Of a stretch of 64,000 bases of DNA, positions 1 through 13,800 are shown in pieces. The notes beneath the pieces are model-generated. The model was not told the origin of the DNA and searched no databases. It saw only the letters and a list, made by a program, of their open reading frames with translations. How positions within the stretch are numbered: the stretch's first letter is position 1; each line of letters opens with the position of its first letter. This DNA is from Macrostomum lignano (lineage: Eukaryota), in the NCBI GenBank assembly GCA_002269645.1, contig NIVC01000158.1, forward strand, positions 682,001 through 746,000. Reading direction: 5' to 3'. The translations under genes were made by a program, and so were the position numbers.

Positions 1-424
1 GGGCAGCGGTTGGCGAGCGAATGGCTGCATGCCGTCTGGGATTCGCAGGCTTCATGGCTTCAACTCAAGGCTCCGAGCGAATGGCTATGAACTAAGAAAA
101 GAATTGAAGCAAAAGACAGCAATTCCTGCAGCATCTACAAGCGTGTTTCATCATTCATTCTAAGAAAAACTTTAGACAATAGCATCTAATTCTTGCTAAT
201 GCTTTGCTAATTTTACCCAAGTGAAAAACAGGTTGCCATGACACTCCTCGGTACATTTTATTTTCTCATTGATTTCATTATTAATTCAAGGATTCAGATT
301 CTAAGTGTACTACTAAAAGTAATTGTGCGAAGTACGAGCTATCTATCAAGCTTAACCTAACCGACTGTAGATATAGAGATAAAAATGTAAGATGTAAAAA
401 TTTAAATCTTGAGAAGGGAAGAGA

Positions 425-1113
425 AGAGGGAATAGAAACGAGAGAAGAGGGAAGGGAGATAGGAAGGAGAGGCGAGAGAATAAAGGAGAAGAGAGGAGAG
501 AGGAGAGAGGAAAGAGGAGAGAGGAGAGAGGAGAGAGGAGAGAGGAGAGAGGAGAGAGGAGAGAGGAGAGAGGAGAGAGGAGAGAGGAGGAGGAGAGAGG
601 AGAGAGGAGAGAGGAGAGAGGAGAGAGGAGAGAGGAGGGAGGAGAGAGGAGAGAGGAGAAGTTAAAAAACAAAGGGTAGAGAGAATATAGATATGAGACA
701 CGAGAGCAGAGAGGAGAGAGAAAAGAAAAGAAAGAGAGGACCGGGTAGAGGAGAGACAATAGATGAGAGAGTAGAGAGTAGAGAGGAGAGATGGGAGAGG
801 AAAAAAGAGATAAGAGAGAGCAGGAGAAAGGAGAGGAGAGGAGAGGAGAGGAGAGGAGAGGAGAGGAGAGGAGAGGAGAGGAGAGGAGAGGAGAGGAGAG
901 GAGAGGAGAGGAGAGGAGAGGAGAGGAGAGGAGAGGAGAGGAGAGGAGAGAGAGAGAGGAGAGGAGAGGAGAGGAGAGGAGAGGAGAGGAGAGGAGAGGA
1001 GAGGAGAGGAGAGGAGAGGAGAGGAGAGGAGAGGAGAGGAGAGGAGAGGAGAGGAGAGGAGAGGAGAGGAGAGGAGAGGAGAGGAGAGGAGAGGAGAGGA
1101 GAGGAGAGGAGAG
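425..1113. repeat. Polypurine (AGAGG)n / (AGAGGAG)n microsatellite
   Basis: Near-pure GAGAG pentamer run at about 826-1113 and a 7-mer variant at about 490-660. It accounts for the RGEER/LLSSP pseudo-ORFs. Confidence 0.95.
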
Positions 1114-2601
1114 ATTGAGCGGGCCGGCTTGCCGGTTGAAGTTTCAACCTACTCGAGGGCCGGATAGAGAGGCTTTGCGGGCTGCATGTGGGCTGTGGGC
1201 GGAGTTGGCCGAAACTGGTGTAGAGAAACTCCGTGTAAGAACGCGCTGTACTTTCGCTTTTTCCTGCTTCCAGCAGATTGAAGAAAATGATTTTTTTAAA
1301 CTTTCAGATCCACCTTAATAAAACGCAGACAAGCTTAATATGCTTACCAGAAGCTTTGAATTTGAGAGATTAAAAATTTAGTGCGAAAAACTAAAGTTCC
1401 CTATCTTTCTGCTGCATTTTAAGCGAAATTAGGCTTTCGAATAAAGTTGCGTGCTGATACAATGCATGGTAACTTCGAGTTCGAGTGGTACTTTCATATC
1501 AGACTGCATCCAGGTTTAAAAGCTAGATGTTTTCTATAATTGCTGTTGAATTGAACTGATTCATGTGCACTCTTCCACAAGGTTGACTCGCAAGTCATTC
1601 GAGAGAAAAAGGTTAAAATGAATATAATTGCCTATTGAAAAACACAAATGCATGAGTTGTGTTTAATTGTTATGAGCGAATTTCTGCTTAGACATGGGCC
1701 GGTAAACTTATTCGGGTAGCAACAAGAGATAGAGATGATTCTCAGTAGCATTTCTTATTAATAGCTTGATAAAACGTGAGTAGCAACTTCGGACACAACT
1801 CATACTGGCTTCAGTTGAAAATAGATTTAACAAATCAGATCAAGTACAAATTGAACTTTATTTCCTCAATTTCTATCTCCCAACCAGAGCGCTCACCTTT
1901 TAATCTTTCGCTGTTCATTCTGCAGCTGCTGCAAACGGTGGTTGCCGCCCTTCGCTTAGAGTACTTTAGGTAGTACCTGCACATTATTGACCTGGCCAGG
2001 TGCTGACTGTTGCAGGGCCTCTGCCATGAGTAAAATGGTTCGCAGGGAGAATTACAGCGTCATATCAATTTCAGTGAGCGGCAAAAGAGAAGGAGTTTCA
2101 GAGAGTGCAGAAGCAACCATTTCTTATTGCAAAGCCAAAATCGCCCCAATCCCAATCAGATCGGCTATCGATCCGATTGAATGGCGACTGGACGTTAAGC
2201 GACCGGTATAGCAGAGAAGGCCTCTCCTAGGCAAGAAAAAATGTGCGCGAATTCTACAGCTGCGAGTACGTTTTTATTCTGTACTCTTCAGGACGGAAAA
2301 TACAGTGGGCGAGCAGTGGGAGAGTGGGAGAGCAGCAATCGATAAAGCTAAAAAGATCTGACAGTGGATTATTTTTCATTTCAAAAGAAGTTCTTCGTGG
2401 ACAATTTACTAATTCAAATCATAAAAATTTAATGCGAGCGATAAGTTGCTAAATGAAACCCATGTAATTACATGTACTTTGTATTCAGTTGTCCTAGCTG
2501 GTTTCATTGCATTTTGAAGTTCTGAAGCTCTGAAGTTTTGAAGTTGAATGGGGGTTTGAAGTTCTGTGTGTACTAAATGCACTACAGCAATACGACAAAT
2601 A

Positions 2602-3180
2602 TACACTCAGCAACATTGAAGGTTATGTCCAACCTTGCGCGAAAGGGTCCATGGTCAGCACGATCTATGGTTTCGCCACTTGGTTTTGGGCCATAGACAA
2701 ATGCGCAAAAAGGACAGGAAAGTAAAGTCTGATAACTGGTGTGACAGGGAGAAGGGTCACAGAGTGTACATGAGTTAACTGGAGGCATCTGTGTACGCAG
2801 GTGACAATGACTGATTGACGCACTCTGCGTTGTTGGTATGGGCGTCCAGATCGCCGGACTTGAACCCGATTGAGCGCGTGTGGCCGGATTAACAACAACT
2901 GTTAACAGTGCGGCGCCTTGTTCTGGGAATGCCTCGACGAGTGAACGCTTTGTTGCACGTCCGTGATTGCTGCATGTACTCGAATACCCGTTATTGATGC
3001 CCTTCGGACATGTACACAGCGTGGGACATGGGCATGGACTTGTTTCGCTGTTCATTATTTGCTGCTTTGCTTTTTTATTGTCTATGGCCCAAACATAGCC
3101 GAAAAACTTTTCAATCACTTATCGATCAATCACCTCTTGGCCGGGCTGACGAGGACATTTTTCATGTTTCAGACTCTACA
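2602..3180 (+). mobile_element. Degenerate, internally deleted Tc1/mariner DNA transposon remnant
   Basis: 2839-2883 translates WASRSPDLNPIERVW (Tc1 WPxxSPDLNPIExVW motif carrying the catalytic E). 2929 onward reads MPRRVNALL (Tc1 C-terminal SMPRR motif). Inverted repeat TTTGGGCCATAGACAA near 2685-2700 pairs with TTGTCTATGGCCCAAA near 3078-3093. Outer limits are approximate. Confidence 0.7.
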
Positions 3181-4857
3181 GTCTAATTCAAGTGTTTCAC
3201 AGCTTTGGAACTCACAATTCAATGAAGCTTATGCAGATTGGAGGCGGATTAAGACTTCGACAATGGAGCGTGGGTCCAAGAAATCCATTAATTCGTTAGT
3301 CAACCGGGTTTAATTTATTGTACGAGCTGTGAGACTAAATTGATCCGTTTAGAAACCTATTGGAGGAATTTCACGAAATTAACAGTGAAAATTCCTATCA
3401 GCTGGACTGCAGCTCCACTTCTGACTCAACTAAGAACTCTAGTTGCTTTCATTAATATATTGCTGATCCGTTTCTTTGCTAAAGAAGTTGTCCAATAACA
3501 GAAGTTCGATTTGTCGTAATTGCTTCCAAAGTCGGCATATCTGCCATCTGGTGAATTGCAATATCTGCTCGTATTATAGCAATGGAATTGAATATTGGTA
3601 AAATCCTACTGTTCCTACCCGGCCGTCCGTCCTCCCCTTGCATTGGTCAGGCTCGATCGGGTCTCAATTGTTTATGAAGTTTCTAAGCTATCTGTCGCAT
3701 AAGAGCCTAACTGTAATAATGTAAACTTGAGTTTTTCGAAAGCTACACGTGCAGATGAACATGCAGATCAAAGTTTAAAACTGCTAAGTTCGTTCAGATT
3801 TGCAGTACATAATATTATCATTTAATGAGAAAGAGCTGCAGATGATTTAAAAAATGGCGCCCATGCAGACCAGGCCAGTTTCTATTTGTTTTGATTAAAT
3901 TTGCGTACTTTTACAACGTCTGTACGCACATGTAAATGACCTGAAACATGACACAAATATAATTAAGGATTCCACCCTTTGGTCCTACACGTACGTAGTA
4001 CATGTCATCTACAGTACAGGGCTTGTACATGCGTTGCCGTTGCAGCTTCAAGTCCAGAGACGATCTGCCACACAAAATTTAGTTTAAATTCCAAACACAA
4101 CAAGAACAAAAGCAATCGTTTTTGAGTAAATCCTATACCCTTCGGCGATTTTCTATGTGCATGCATAGTATAAAGTACTTTAGAAATTAGTATAGAGCAA
4201 TATAGTAGAGGATACTGGACAGCTCGCGGTTATATGAAAATGCTATTCGTTCGATTTGAAAATTTCTTAGTGACACATGAATGAGCTAATTCTGCAAGTT
4301 TTAATTCATTTGCCTGCCATTATTGTAATTCAAAATGAGTTTTAGTTACTAATTAGGTCATACATTCAATTTAGTCCGCCAATGTAATAATTAATTTGTT
4401 CGACGAAATGTAAAAATAGGAAAGAATAAGAATAAAAATATAGACTATGTTAATAATAAAAAATTGTGTAATTAAACTGAAAAATAAACCTAAAAAACTA
4501 GAGTTTGAGCTGAAATATTTCGAACTGAATTAGTTCTATAAAATTTGTTATAGCGCTCAATGTAGCTTTTTGTTTTTAAAAGTTGGCAAAAAGTATTTCG
4601 TTTTTGATTCGATTAAGATCATGTTCAATCGATCATTCATTTTTAACCTTTATCTATTGGAAATATGTATCCATTTCATTAAGCAGCTGCCCTACCAGTT
4701 GGTCATATAAACTATACTAAAAGTTTTCTATCTCATGTAATGCTAAGCAACTAAGCAACTTTGTGATTGGATGCATCGTATATGATTGTTAAGAAGATTC
4801 GTTCTACCATTTAACTTACATCCTTTTACTTTAATTAGGCCTAACAGTAAATCAAAT

Positions 4858-7800
4858 ATGGCTGTAAATGCTAATCAACTTTCGGATCTCCAGCTTAGAG
4901 AAATGCTGACAAAAAGAAATGTCCCTGTTGGACTTATTGATGGTTCTACTAGGCAGAGATATAAAAACCGTCTTCAAAAGCTGCTGGATTCTGAGTTTAA
5001 AAAGCCAAATGCTGTACCACAGGTAAATAATTTGTTTTGATTACAAAATTAAAGACTATGTTGCTTTTGGGCATATTGAGCATTTTTGTTATGAACAATT
5101 TACTATTACTAGGCCTACTGATAGAGTGTTAGGCCCTACAATCTACATTGAATTTGTCAATATCTTTTTTTGTTATAAGTCCCATGGCCATGCTTGGGCA
5201 CAACCTAGGGATTCACCTGGCTGTTTCTATTGGCAACACACACATGTAAGTCACTATTGGACAGAATAGTAGTCATGTGACTACTCTCAGCCAATAGCGA
5301 CTTACATGTGTATGTTGCCAATAGAAATGGCTGAGTGATTCCCCAGGTTGCGCATGTATGATAAGTCCTAAAATAAAATTAGGGACTCCAATAAGATTTT
5401 TTAAATAGAAAAATATAAGAATGTTTGCTCTCAATTGTATAGATCTTATCAATGTTGCATATCCAGTTAAGGAACGTTTGGTTCCAAGGAAAGTAATTTC
5501 TATCACTGTTTCTAATAGGATTACAGTCATTTTGGTAATAAGACATTTTGGTAATAGTCATTTTGGGGATAAGCAAATGTCATTTTGGTAACAAAAAGAA
5601 GACCCTTTTGGTGACTAATAGCTATTGTGTTTTTTAAGAATAAAATTATATTGCTAATCCTCATTAAATAAAAACTAAAATTTTAGATTTCTAGAACAGT
5701 AAAGTATTGATTTATTTATTTTGTTTATTTATTTGTTTATTTTGTTTGCAAGGGTTGCACTTGCAATCTTTTATATTTATTGTACTTTTTTTTCAGTTTT
5801 TTGAAACCCTGTTTTTCTTTTGCAGTGGGCATTTCATGATGAGGATCCTCATAAACATAAAGTTTCTAGTCTAGGTTTATATGTTTGAATATTCTGGGAA
5901 AAATTCAAAATGAGCTGCACAAAAAACAATATATTAGTTTGACATATTATTTTTAGAGGCCAATTTTCAAATGTTGATTCTGACTTCAAAATTATGTATG
6001 GAAATAATTTTAAGCTAATAGATTTTAAGTTTATATGGGTAATTCTAGTTTCTTTTCTAGTACTCTTATTATTATTTTACTACTTTTTACTAGCTACTTA
6101 TATAAATTGTATAAAATTGATTAGGTGTTATATTATTATTTATCACTTTTTATCCTTTTGCCTTGAAACTAACAAAAGAACTTTAAAGATCTTTTCTATT
6201 AATTGCATTAAAGATAAAACCAAAATAGGACTCAATTATTGAATTTCCATTTATTGATCAATTGGTAGATAAATCCATTATGACTGGGATATTACAATTG
6301 CAATATTAGAAAATTGAAATCATAGTAGCTAGCTATAGACTTAATAAGGTGATCTGCCTGTAAAACTATTTAATTGGATGTTTATATGAAATCTAGCTTT
6401 AAATAACATTAATTATTCTAGCTTATTTATATATTTGAAAAGAAATATTGTTTCAGATTCTTATACTTATAAAGAATTATACTTATTCCATAGTCTTTTA
6501 TGCTGAAAACTTGGTATATTTTTATTACTTATATTTGGCTTAATAATAAATGCCTAGCAATAGACTGGGGGTTAATGACAGCCATCAGGGAATATGGCCA
6601 ATGTACCAAGGGATATATAGCTTCATTGTGCAAAAGCCTAAAGCACGTTTCAACTATTTGTGCCTTAAAATGCTTAGGTAGGTGAATAAGTAGACCTGTT
6701 TGGCTTTAATGTTGGTTTCAATTGGTTCTTGAACTGATGTATGAAACATTCAATATTGAACTCCTGTCCAATCAATTCTTTATGAAAAATTCCCACAGGC
6801 GAATGCGTCGCCTGCCACTGCAAATCGGGCCAGCACCCGGCGGCGTAGCAGCGGCCGGGCCGCCACGCCAACCGCTGCGTCCACTCGGCAGACTCCTCAG
6901 CAGCAGCAGCGGCAGGCTCAGCGCACTCCACCACCAGGCCCCGTGGCCTCCTTTAGCTCAGACGAGGCCGACCTGAGCCAGGCTGAGGATCGGCCCGGCT
7001 CAGCCTCGCTGCGTCAGCGCCGGCGACATACCCCCGCTGTGCCGCGAACCAGCGTCGCGCCGACACCACCGACGCCGGCGTCGCGTAGAGCCACGGCGGC
7101 GGCAGCAGCGACACCAACTGCTCAGCAGCGACGCAGTCGAGGACGGAAGTCGGCTGCTTTGAACACGTCGACTAGCCTGTTATTGCAGGACGACTCGGAG
7201 TCTGATGCGCCCGATGCCGCGGCTGCTGCCAACTCAGCCGCCGCCGCCTCCGTCTCAGTTGGCCGACGTCGTCGCGACGACCGCCTGGACGTGTCCGATG
7301 TCGAGGAGCCGCCGCCAGTTTCAGCGGCCAGCAGAGTCAGCAATGGCCGGCGTAGAACTGACGGATTTCCCAGTACGGGCGGGTCGGTGAACAACTACTG
7401 GGCCATGGTGCCGAATTTCATGCTGCTTGGCGCGCTGCTTTTAGTCATCATTATTGGCGGCTATTTTATCACCGAGCAGAATAGGCTGGCCAAGGCTAGG
7501 CAACTAGAGGAGCTGCAGCGCATTGTCTGCCCAGATAAAGGAATTGCAGGTAAGATCACTTAGTAATTTGTCTTCTTACCAGATCCTGAGATAGGTCATT
7601 CTTAACCCTTCCAGATCCTCAGATTGGTCATTCTTCACCCTCCCAGATCCTCAGATTGGTCATTCTCAATTCTCCCAGATCCTCAGATTGGTCATTCTTC
7701 ACCCTCCCAGATCCTCAGATTGGTCATTCTCAATTCTCCCAGATCCTCAGATTGGTCATTCTCAATTCTCTCAGATCCTCAGATTGATCATTCTCAATTC

Positions 7801-10800
7801 TCCCAGATCCTCAGATTGATCATTCTTCATTCTGCCGATCTTCAAATTGAATCATTTATCCAACATTCTCCGATTCAAAGTCATTCTTACTAAATACCCT
7901 TCCAGATATTTAAATTTAGCATGCTCATCCTCCTCAGATCCTTCAGATCAGACTAGGGCATTGTGTCAATCTTATTCTCCCCATCACACTCACATCCTCA
8001 GCAGGTGGTCAGAAGCTAGAGTGCATCCCGGACCAGCCCGGACTCATGCAGGCAGTTAAGCTAGCCAGGCCATTGCTAGATCAGCTAGCCAGAATGCGAG
8101 GCGACGCCGAGTGCAACGGCGGCGAGTCAAACTACCGGCTTCACAGGCAGAGCGTAGTGAGCCTGCTTACCAACAGCGTCTCGGGCCTGCTGGTGAATGA
8201 AACAGACGTTAGTAATCTCATTGCTTTGGCTATCCGAGCTCCGCGTCTTGGCATCCTGGCATTGAGAGATTCGACGTCGACAGACTCCGACGTTGTCACT
8301 AAGGTCGAGGATTGCGGCTATCTGGCTGCTGCCGAGGGTCGGCGCAGCATCAGCTGTCGTAGCCGCCTGCTGGCCTGGAGCGCCCTGGCCTCCATAGGCC
8401 GGCTGGCAGCCTCTCTAATCTATGCGGCTGTCGGCCTAGCTGGCCTGGCTTGCCTCGCCTATCTGCTAGTCTACGCTGTGCGGCTCAGGCGGCGACGCGA
8501 GGCTGCACTGGTTGATGCTACAGACCAGGTTGGTGGAGCTGCCAAATTTACTTTTGATTTGCCGCCTCCCCAGTCTTTGTCTTTGATAGGCCGCCTTCCC
8601 CAGTCCCTATCTTTAATATGCCGCTTTCCCCAGTCCTTATCTTTGATATGCCGCCTTCCCCAGTCCTTATCTTTGATATGCCGCCTTCCCCAGTCCTTAT
8701 CTTTGATATGCCGCCTTCCCCAGTCCTTATCTTTGATATGCCGCCTTCCCCAGTCCTTATCTTTGATATGCCGCTTCCCCCAGTCTTTATCTTTGATATG
8801 CCGCCTTCCCCAGTCTTTATCTTTGATATGCCGCCTTCCCCAGTCCTTATCTTTGATATGCCGCTTCCCCCAGTCTTTATCTTTGATATGCCGCCTTCCC
8901 CAGTCTTTATCTTTGATATGCCGCCTTCCCCAGTCCTTATCTTTGATATGCCGCCTTCCCCAGTCTTTATCTTTGATATGCCGCCTTCCCCAGTCCTTAT
9001 CTTTGATATGCCGCCTTCCCCAGTCCTTATCTTTGATATGCCGCTTCCCCCAGTCTTTATCTTTGATATGCCGCCTTCCCAGTCGCGCCTCTCTCCCCGA
9101 TCTGAACCCTCCAAGGTGCTGCTGCATCTACTAACCGCCGAGTCCGGCGTCCCAGTCGACGAAGTCCGCGCCGAGCTGCAGCGATCGGGCGTCCTCGACA
9201 GCGTCAACTGGGACCGCTTGCGCGAACGAATCGTCGCCCGCGAGCGCCGAATCCTCATTGAGGAGAGCATCCGCGGTGGCGAAGTCTGGCGCCTTCGTCC
9301 TGGCGAAGCGGAAGCCCTGCGCGCTCGCGAATCGGCGCCGGCTCTGCTGTTGGCGGCGCCGCGGCCAATTTTGCTAGCGGCGGCAGCGCCGGAGTGGCGC
9401 GCGGCTGGCAAGGCTCCGTGCTAGCTGAAAGCGGCCGCTCCATGCCGCAGGTTGAGCCGCCAACACAGTGCTTGAAACTGCGCGGCATGTGGAGCCCGGA
9501 CAATGGCCAGTGCGACAAGGCCAGGCTAGCCGCCGAGCTGGCCCGCAAAGCGCCGCAGGACTCGATCCTTCACGTGGACTCGTTGGCCATGGGCGGCGAA
9601 GGCTTTGTTTACGCCCTGTTCCGGTCAAAGAAAGACGCCGGCGTCACTAGGAATGCGGTGCACGCGCACTTCTTCGATGGTGAGGTTCATTTTATTTTAA
9701 AGAAATCAACAAAATGCCTGGCGACCTAGGGGAATTCTCTTTGAACCCTCTTAACAACTAAGCCGTTTCATAGAAAATCCCCCTCCGCCTAACTGGATTG
9801 AAATGTATTCGAATAGCATAGACGGGGCGGATAGCCACGCCAGTAACCATGTCTATGCAACAGTGAGTGACCTAGGCAAAGCGTGTCAAAGTAGTGTCGG
9901 TCAGTTAGATACGAGTAAATGACTGCCACTGTGCGCCAGTGAGAGAGAGAGAGACCCTAGTTTACTAATGTTAGCCAAGATCTTTTGATGTCTGACGTTC
10001 TGGCAGCGGCGCAGCGGGGTGCGGGGCGGGGAGGCTGAGAGTATAGAAGAGTAAGAATGAGGGTCCTGGCTTTTTGTCTGGATAAACCATGGAGAGCTAG
10101 AACCGGAACTTGGAGTGACAGCTATTCTCCAAGCCCCTCCCATTTTTATAAAACTCGGCAGTTTCTTTCTCACTCCAAGTTCTAGAACGACTGCCTGTTT
10201 TTCAACAATGCATTCTTACGCTCGTGCTAGGCCTTACGTTAGGGTGCCCCCTGCTGCTCTGATGGTCTCTTTTTACTGCTCTATGTTTGGCATTCTTTGT
10301 GCGTGCGTGTGTGTGTGTACCCCAACGTTCAACAGATTTGTTATGTTGAAAGTATTTTCGGCAATTTAACCTCAAGTGCCCCCCGCCGCCGCCCTCCTAT
10401 CTCTCTTGCTTGGACGCTGCAGCTTATGATTAAGATTTGAAATTTCAAGCTTCGAAGAGTCGAAATTTCTAGTATTTTAATTGATTTCTTTACTTTTTAT
10501 TTTATAGTTGAAGTTCCTTTCTATTAATGTTATGCAAGTTTACAGGTAGGGACAGTTTACTGTTATGCAAGTTTACAGGTAGGGACAGTTTACTGTTATG
10601 CAAGTTTACAGGTAGGGACAGTTTACTGTTATGCAAGTTTACAGGTAGGGACAGTTTACTGTTATGCAAGTTTACAGGTAGGGACAGTTTACTGTTATAC
10701 AAGTTTACAGGTAGGGACAGTTTACTGTTATGCAAGTTTACAGGTAGGGACAGTTTACTGTTATGCAAGTTTACAGGTAGGGACAGTTTACTGTTATGCA

Positions 10801-13800
10801 AGTTTACAGGTAGGGACAGTTTACTGTTATACAAGTTTACAGGTAGGGACAGTTTACTGTTATGCAAGTTTACAGGTAGGGACAGTTTACTGTTATGCAA
10901 GTTTACAGGTAGGGACAGTTTACTGTTATGCAAGTTTACAGGTAGGGACAGTTTACTGTTATACAAGTTTACAGGTAGGGACAGTTTACTGTTATGCAAG
11001 TTTACAGGTAGGGACAGTTTACTGTTATGCAAGTTTACAGGTAGGGACAGTTTACTGTTATGCAAGTTTACAGGTAGGGACAGTTTACTGTTATGCAAGT
11101 TTACAGGTAGGGACAGTTTACTGTTATGCAAGTTTACAGGTAGGGACAGTTTACTGTTATGCAAGTTTACAGGTAGGGACAGTTTACTGTTATGCAAGTT
11201 TACAGGTAGGGACAGTTTACTGTTATGCAAGTTTACAGGTAGGGACAGTTTACTGTTATGCAAGTTTACAGGTAGGGACAGTTTACTGTTATGCAAGTTT
11301 ACAGGTAGGGACAGTTTACTGTTATGCAAGTTTACAGGTAGGGACAGTTTACTGTTATGCAAGTTTACAGGTAGGGACAGTTTACTGTTATGCAAGTTTA
11401 CAGGTAGGGACAGTTTACTGTTATGCAAGTTTACAGGTAGGGACAGTTTACTGTTATGCAAGTTTACAGGTAGGGACAGTTTACTGTTATGCAAGTTTAC
11501 AGGTAGGGACAGTTTACTGTTATGCAAGTTTACAGGTAGGACAGTTTACTGTTATGCAAGTTTACAGGTAGGGACAGTTTACTGTTATGCAAGTTTACAG
11601 GTAGGGACAGTTTACTGTTATGCAAGTTTACAGGTAGGACAGTTTACTGTTATGCAAGTTTACAGGTAGGACAGTTTACTGTTATGCAAGTTTACAGGTA
11701 GGACAGTTTACTGTTATGCAAGTTTACAGGTAGGACAGTTTACTGTTATGCAAGTTTACAGGTAGGACAGTTTACTGTTATGCAAGTTTACAGGTAGGAC
11801 AGTTTACTGTTATGCAAGTTTACAGGTAGGACAGTTTACTGTTATGCAAGTTTACAGGTAGGACAGTTTACTGTTATGCAAGTTTACAGGTAGGACAGTT
11901 TACTGTTATGCAAGTTTACAGGTAGGACAGTTTACTGTTATGCAAGTTTACAGGTAGGACAGTTTACTGTTATGCAAGTTTACAGGTAGGAACAGTTTAC
12001 TGTTATGCAAGTTTACAGGTAGGGACAGTTTACTGTTATGCAAGTTTACAGGTAGGGACAGTTTACTGTTATGCAAGTTTACAGGTAGGGACAGTTTACT
12101 GTTATGCAAGTTTACAGGTAGGGACAGTTTACTGTTATGCAAGTTTACAGGTAGGGACAGTTTACTGTTATGCAAGTTTACAGGTAGGGACAGTTTACTG
12201 TTATGCAAGTTTACAGGTAGGGACAGTTTACTGTTATGCAAGTTTACAGGTAGGGACAGTTTACTGTTATGCAAGTTTACAGGTAGGGACAGTTTACTGT
12301 TATGCAAGTTTACAGGTAGGGACAGTTTACTGTTATGCAAGTTTACAGGTAGGGACAGTTTACTGTTATGCAAGTTTACAGGTAGGGACAGTTTACTGTT
12401 ATGCAAGTTTACAGGTAGGGACAGTTTACTGTTATGCAAGTTTACAGGTAGGACAGTTTACTGTTATGCAAGTTTACAGGTAGGGACAGTTTACTGTTAT
12501 GCAAGTTTACAGGTAGGGACAGTTTACTGTTATGCAAGTTTACAGGTAGGACAGTTTACTGTTATGCAAGTTTACAGGTAGGACAGTTTACTGTTATGCA
12601 AGTTTACAGGTAGGACAGTTTACTGTTATGCAAGTTTACAGGTAGGACAGTTTACTGTTATGCAAGTTTACAGGTAGGACAGTTTACTGTTATGCAAGTT
12701 TACAGGTAGGACAGTTTACTGTTATGCAAGTTTACAGGTAGGAGACAGTTTACTGTTATGCAAGTTTACAGGTAGGACAGTTTACTGTTATGCAAGTTTA
12801 CAGGTAGGACAGTTTACTGTTATGCAAGTTTACAGGTAGGACAGTTTACTGTTATGCAAGTTTACAGGTAGGACAGTTTACTGTTATGCAAGTTTACAGG
12901 TAGGACAGTTTACTGTTATGCAAGTTTACAGGTAGGACAGTTTACTGTTATGCAAGTTTACAGGTAGGGACAGTTTACTGTTATGCAAGTTTACAGGTAG
13001 GACAGTTTACTGTTATGCAAGTTTACAGGTAGGACAGTTTACTGTTATGCAAGTTTACAGGTAGGACAGTTTACTGTTATGCAAGTTTACAGGTAGGACA
13101 GTTTACTGTTATGCAAGTTTACAGGTAGGGACAGTTTACTGTTATGCAAGTTTACAGGTAGGGACAGTTTACTGTTATGCAAGTTTACAGGTAGGGACAG
13201 TTTACTGTTATGCAAGTTTACAGGTAGGGACAGTTTACTGTTATGCAAGTTTACAGGTAGGACAGTTTACTGTTATGCAAGTTTACAGGTAGGGACAGTT
13301 TACTGTTATGCAAGTTTACAGGTAGGGACAGTTTACTGTTATGCAAGTTTACAGGTAGGGACAGTTTACTGTTATGCAAGTTTACAGGTAGGACAGTTTA
13401 CTGTTATGCAAGTTTACAGGTAGGGACAGTTTACTGTTATGCAAGTTTACAGGTAGGGACAGTTTACTGTTATGCAAGTTTACAGGTAGGGACAGTTTAC
13501 TGTTATGCAAGTTTACAGGTAGGGACAGTTTACTGTTATGCAAGTTTACAGGTAGGGACAGTTTACTGTTATGCAAGTTTACAGGTAGGGACAGTTTACT
13601 GTTATGCAAGTTTACAGGTAGGGACAGTTTACTGTTATGCAAGTTTACAGGTAGGGACAGTTTACTGTTATGCAAGTTTACAGGTAGGGACAGTTTACTG
13701 TTATGCAAGTTTACAGGTAGGGACAGTTTACTGTTATGCAAGTTTACAGGTAGGGACAGTTTACTGTTATGCAAGTTTACAGGTAGGGACAGTTTACTGT

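Noticed and set aside
8618-9082. ICRLPQSLSL, MPPSPVLIFD and RHIKDKDWG repeat ORFs
   Set aside because: 30-bp intronic minisatellite. The true exons end at 8528 and resume at 9116.
9876-9922. Candidate MAN1 last exon (GKACQ.. / KRVKVVSVS) after CCTAG
   Set aside because: The exon at 16200-16297 matches the MAN1 C-terminus much better and in the correct phase.
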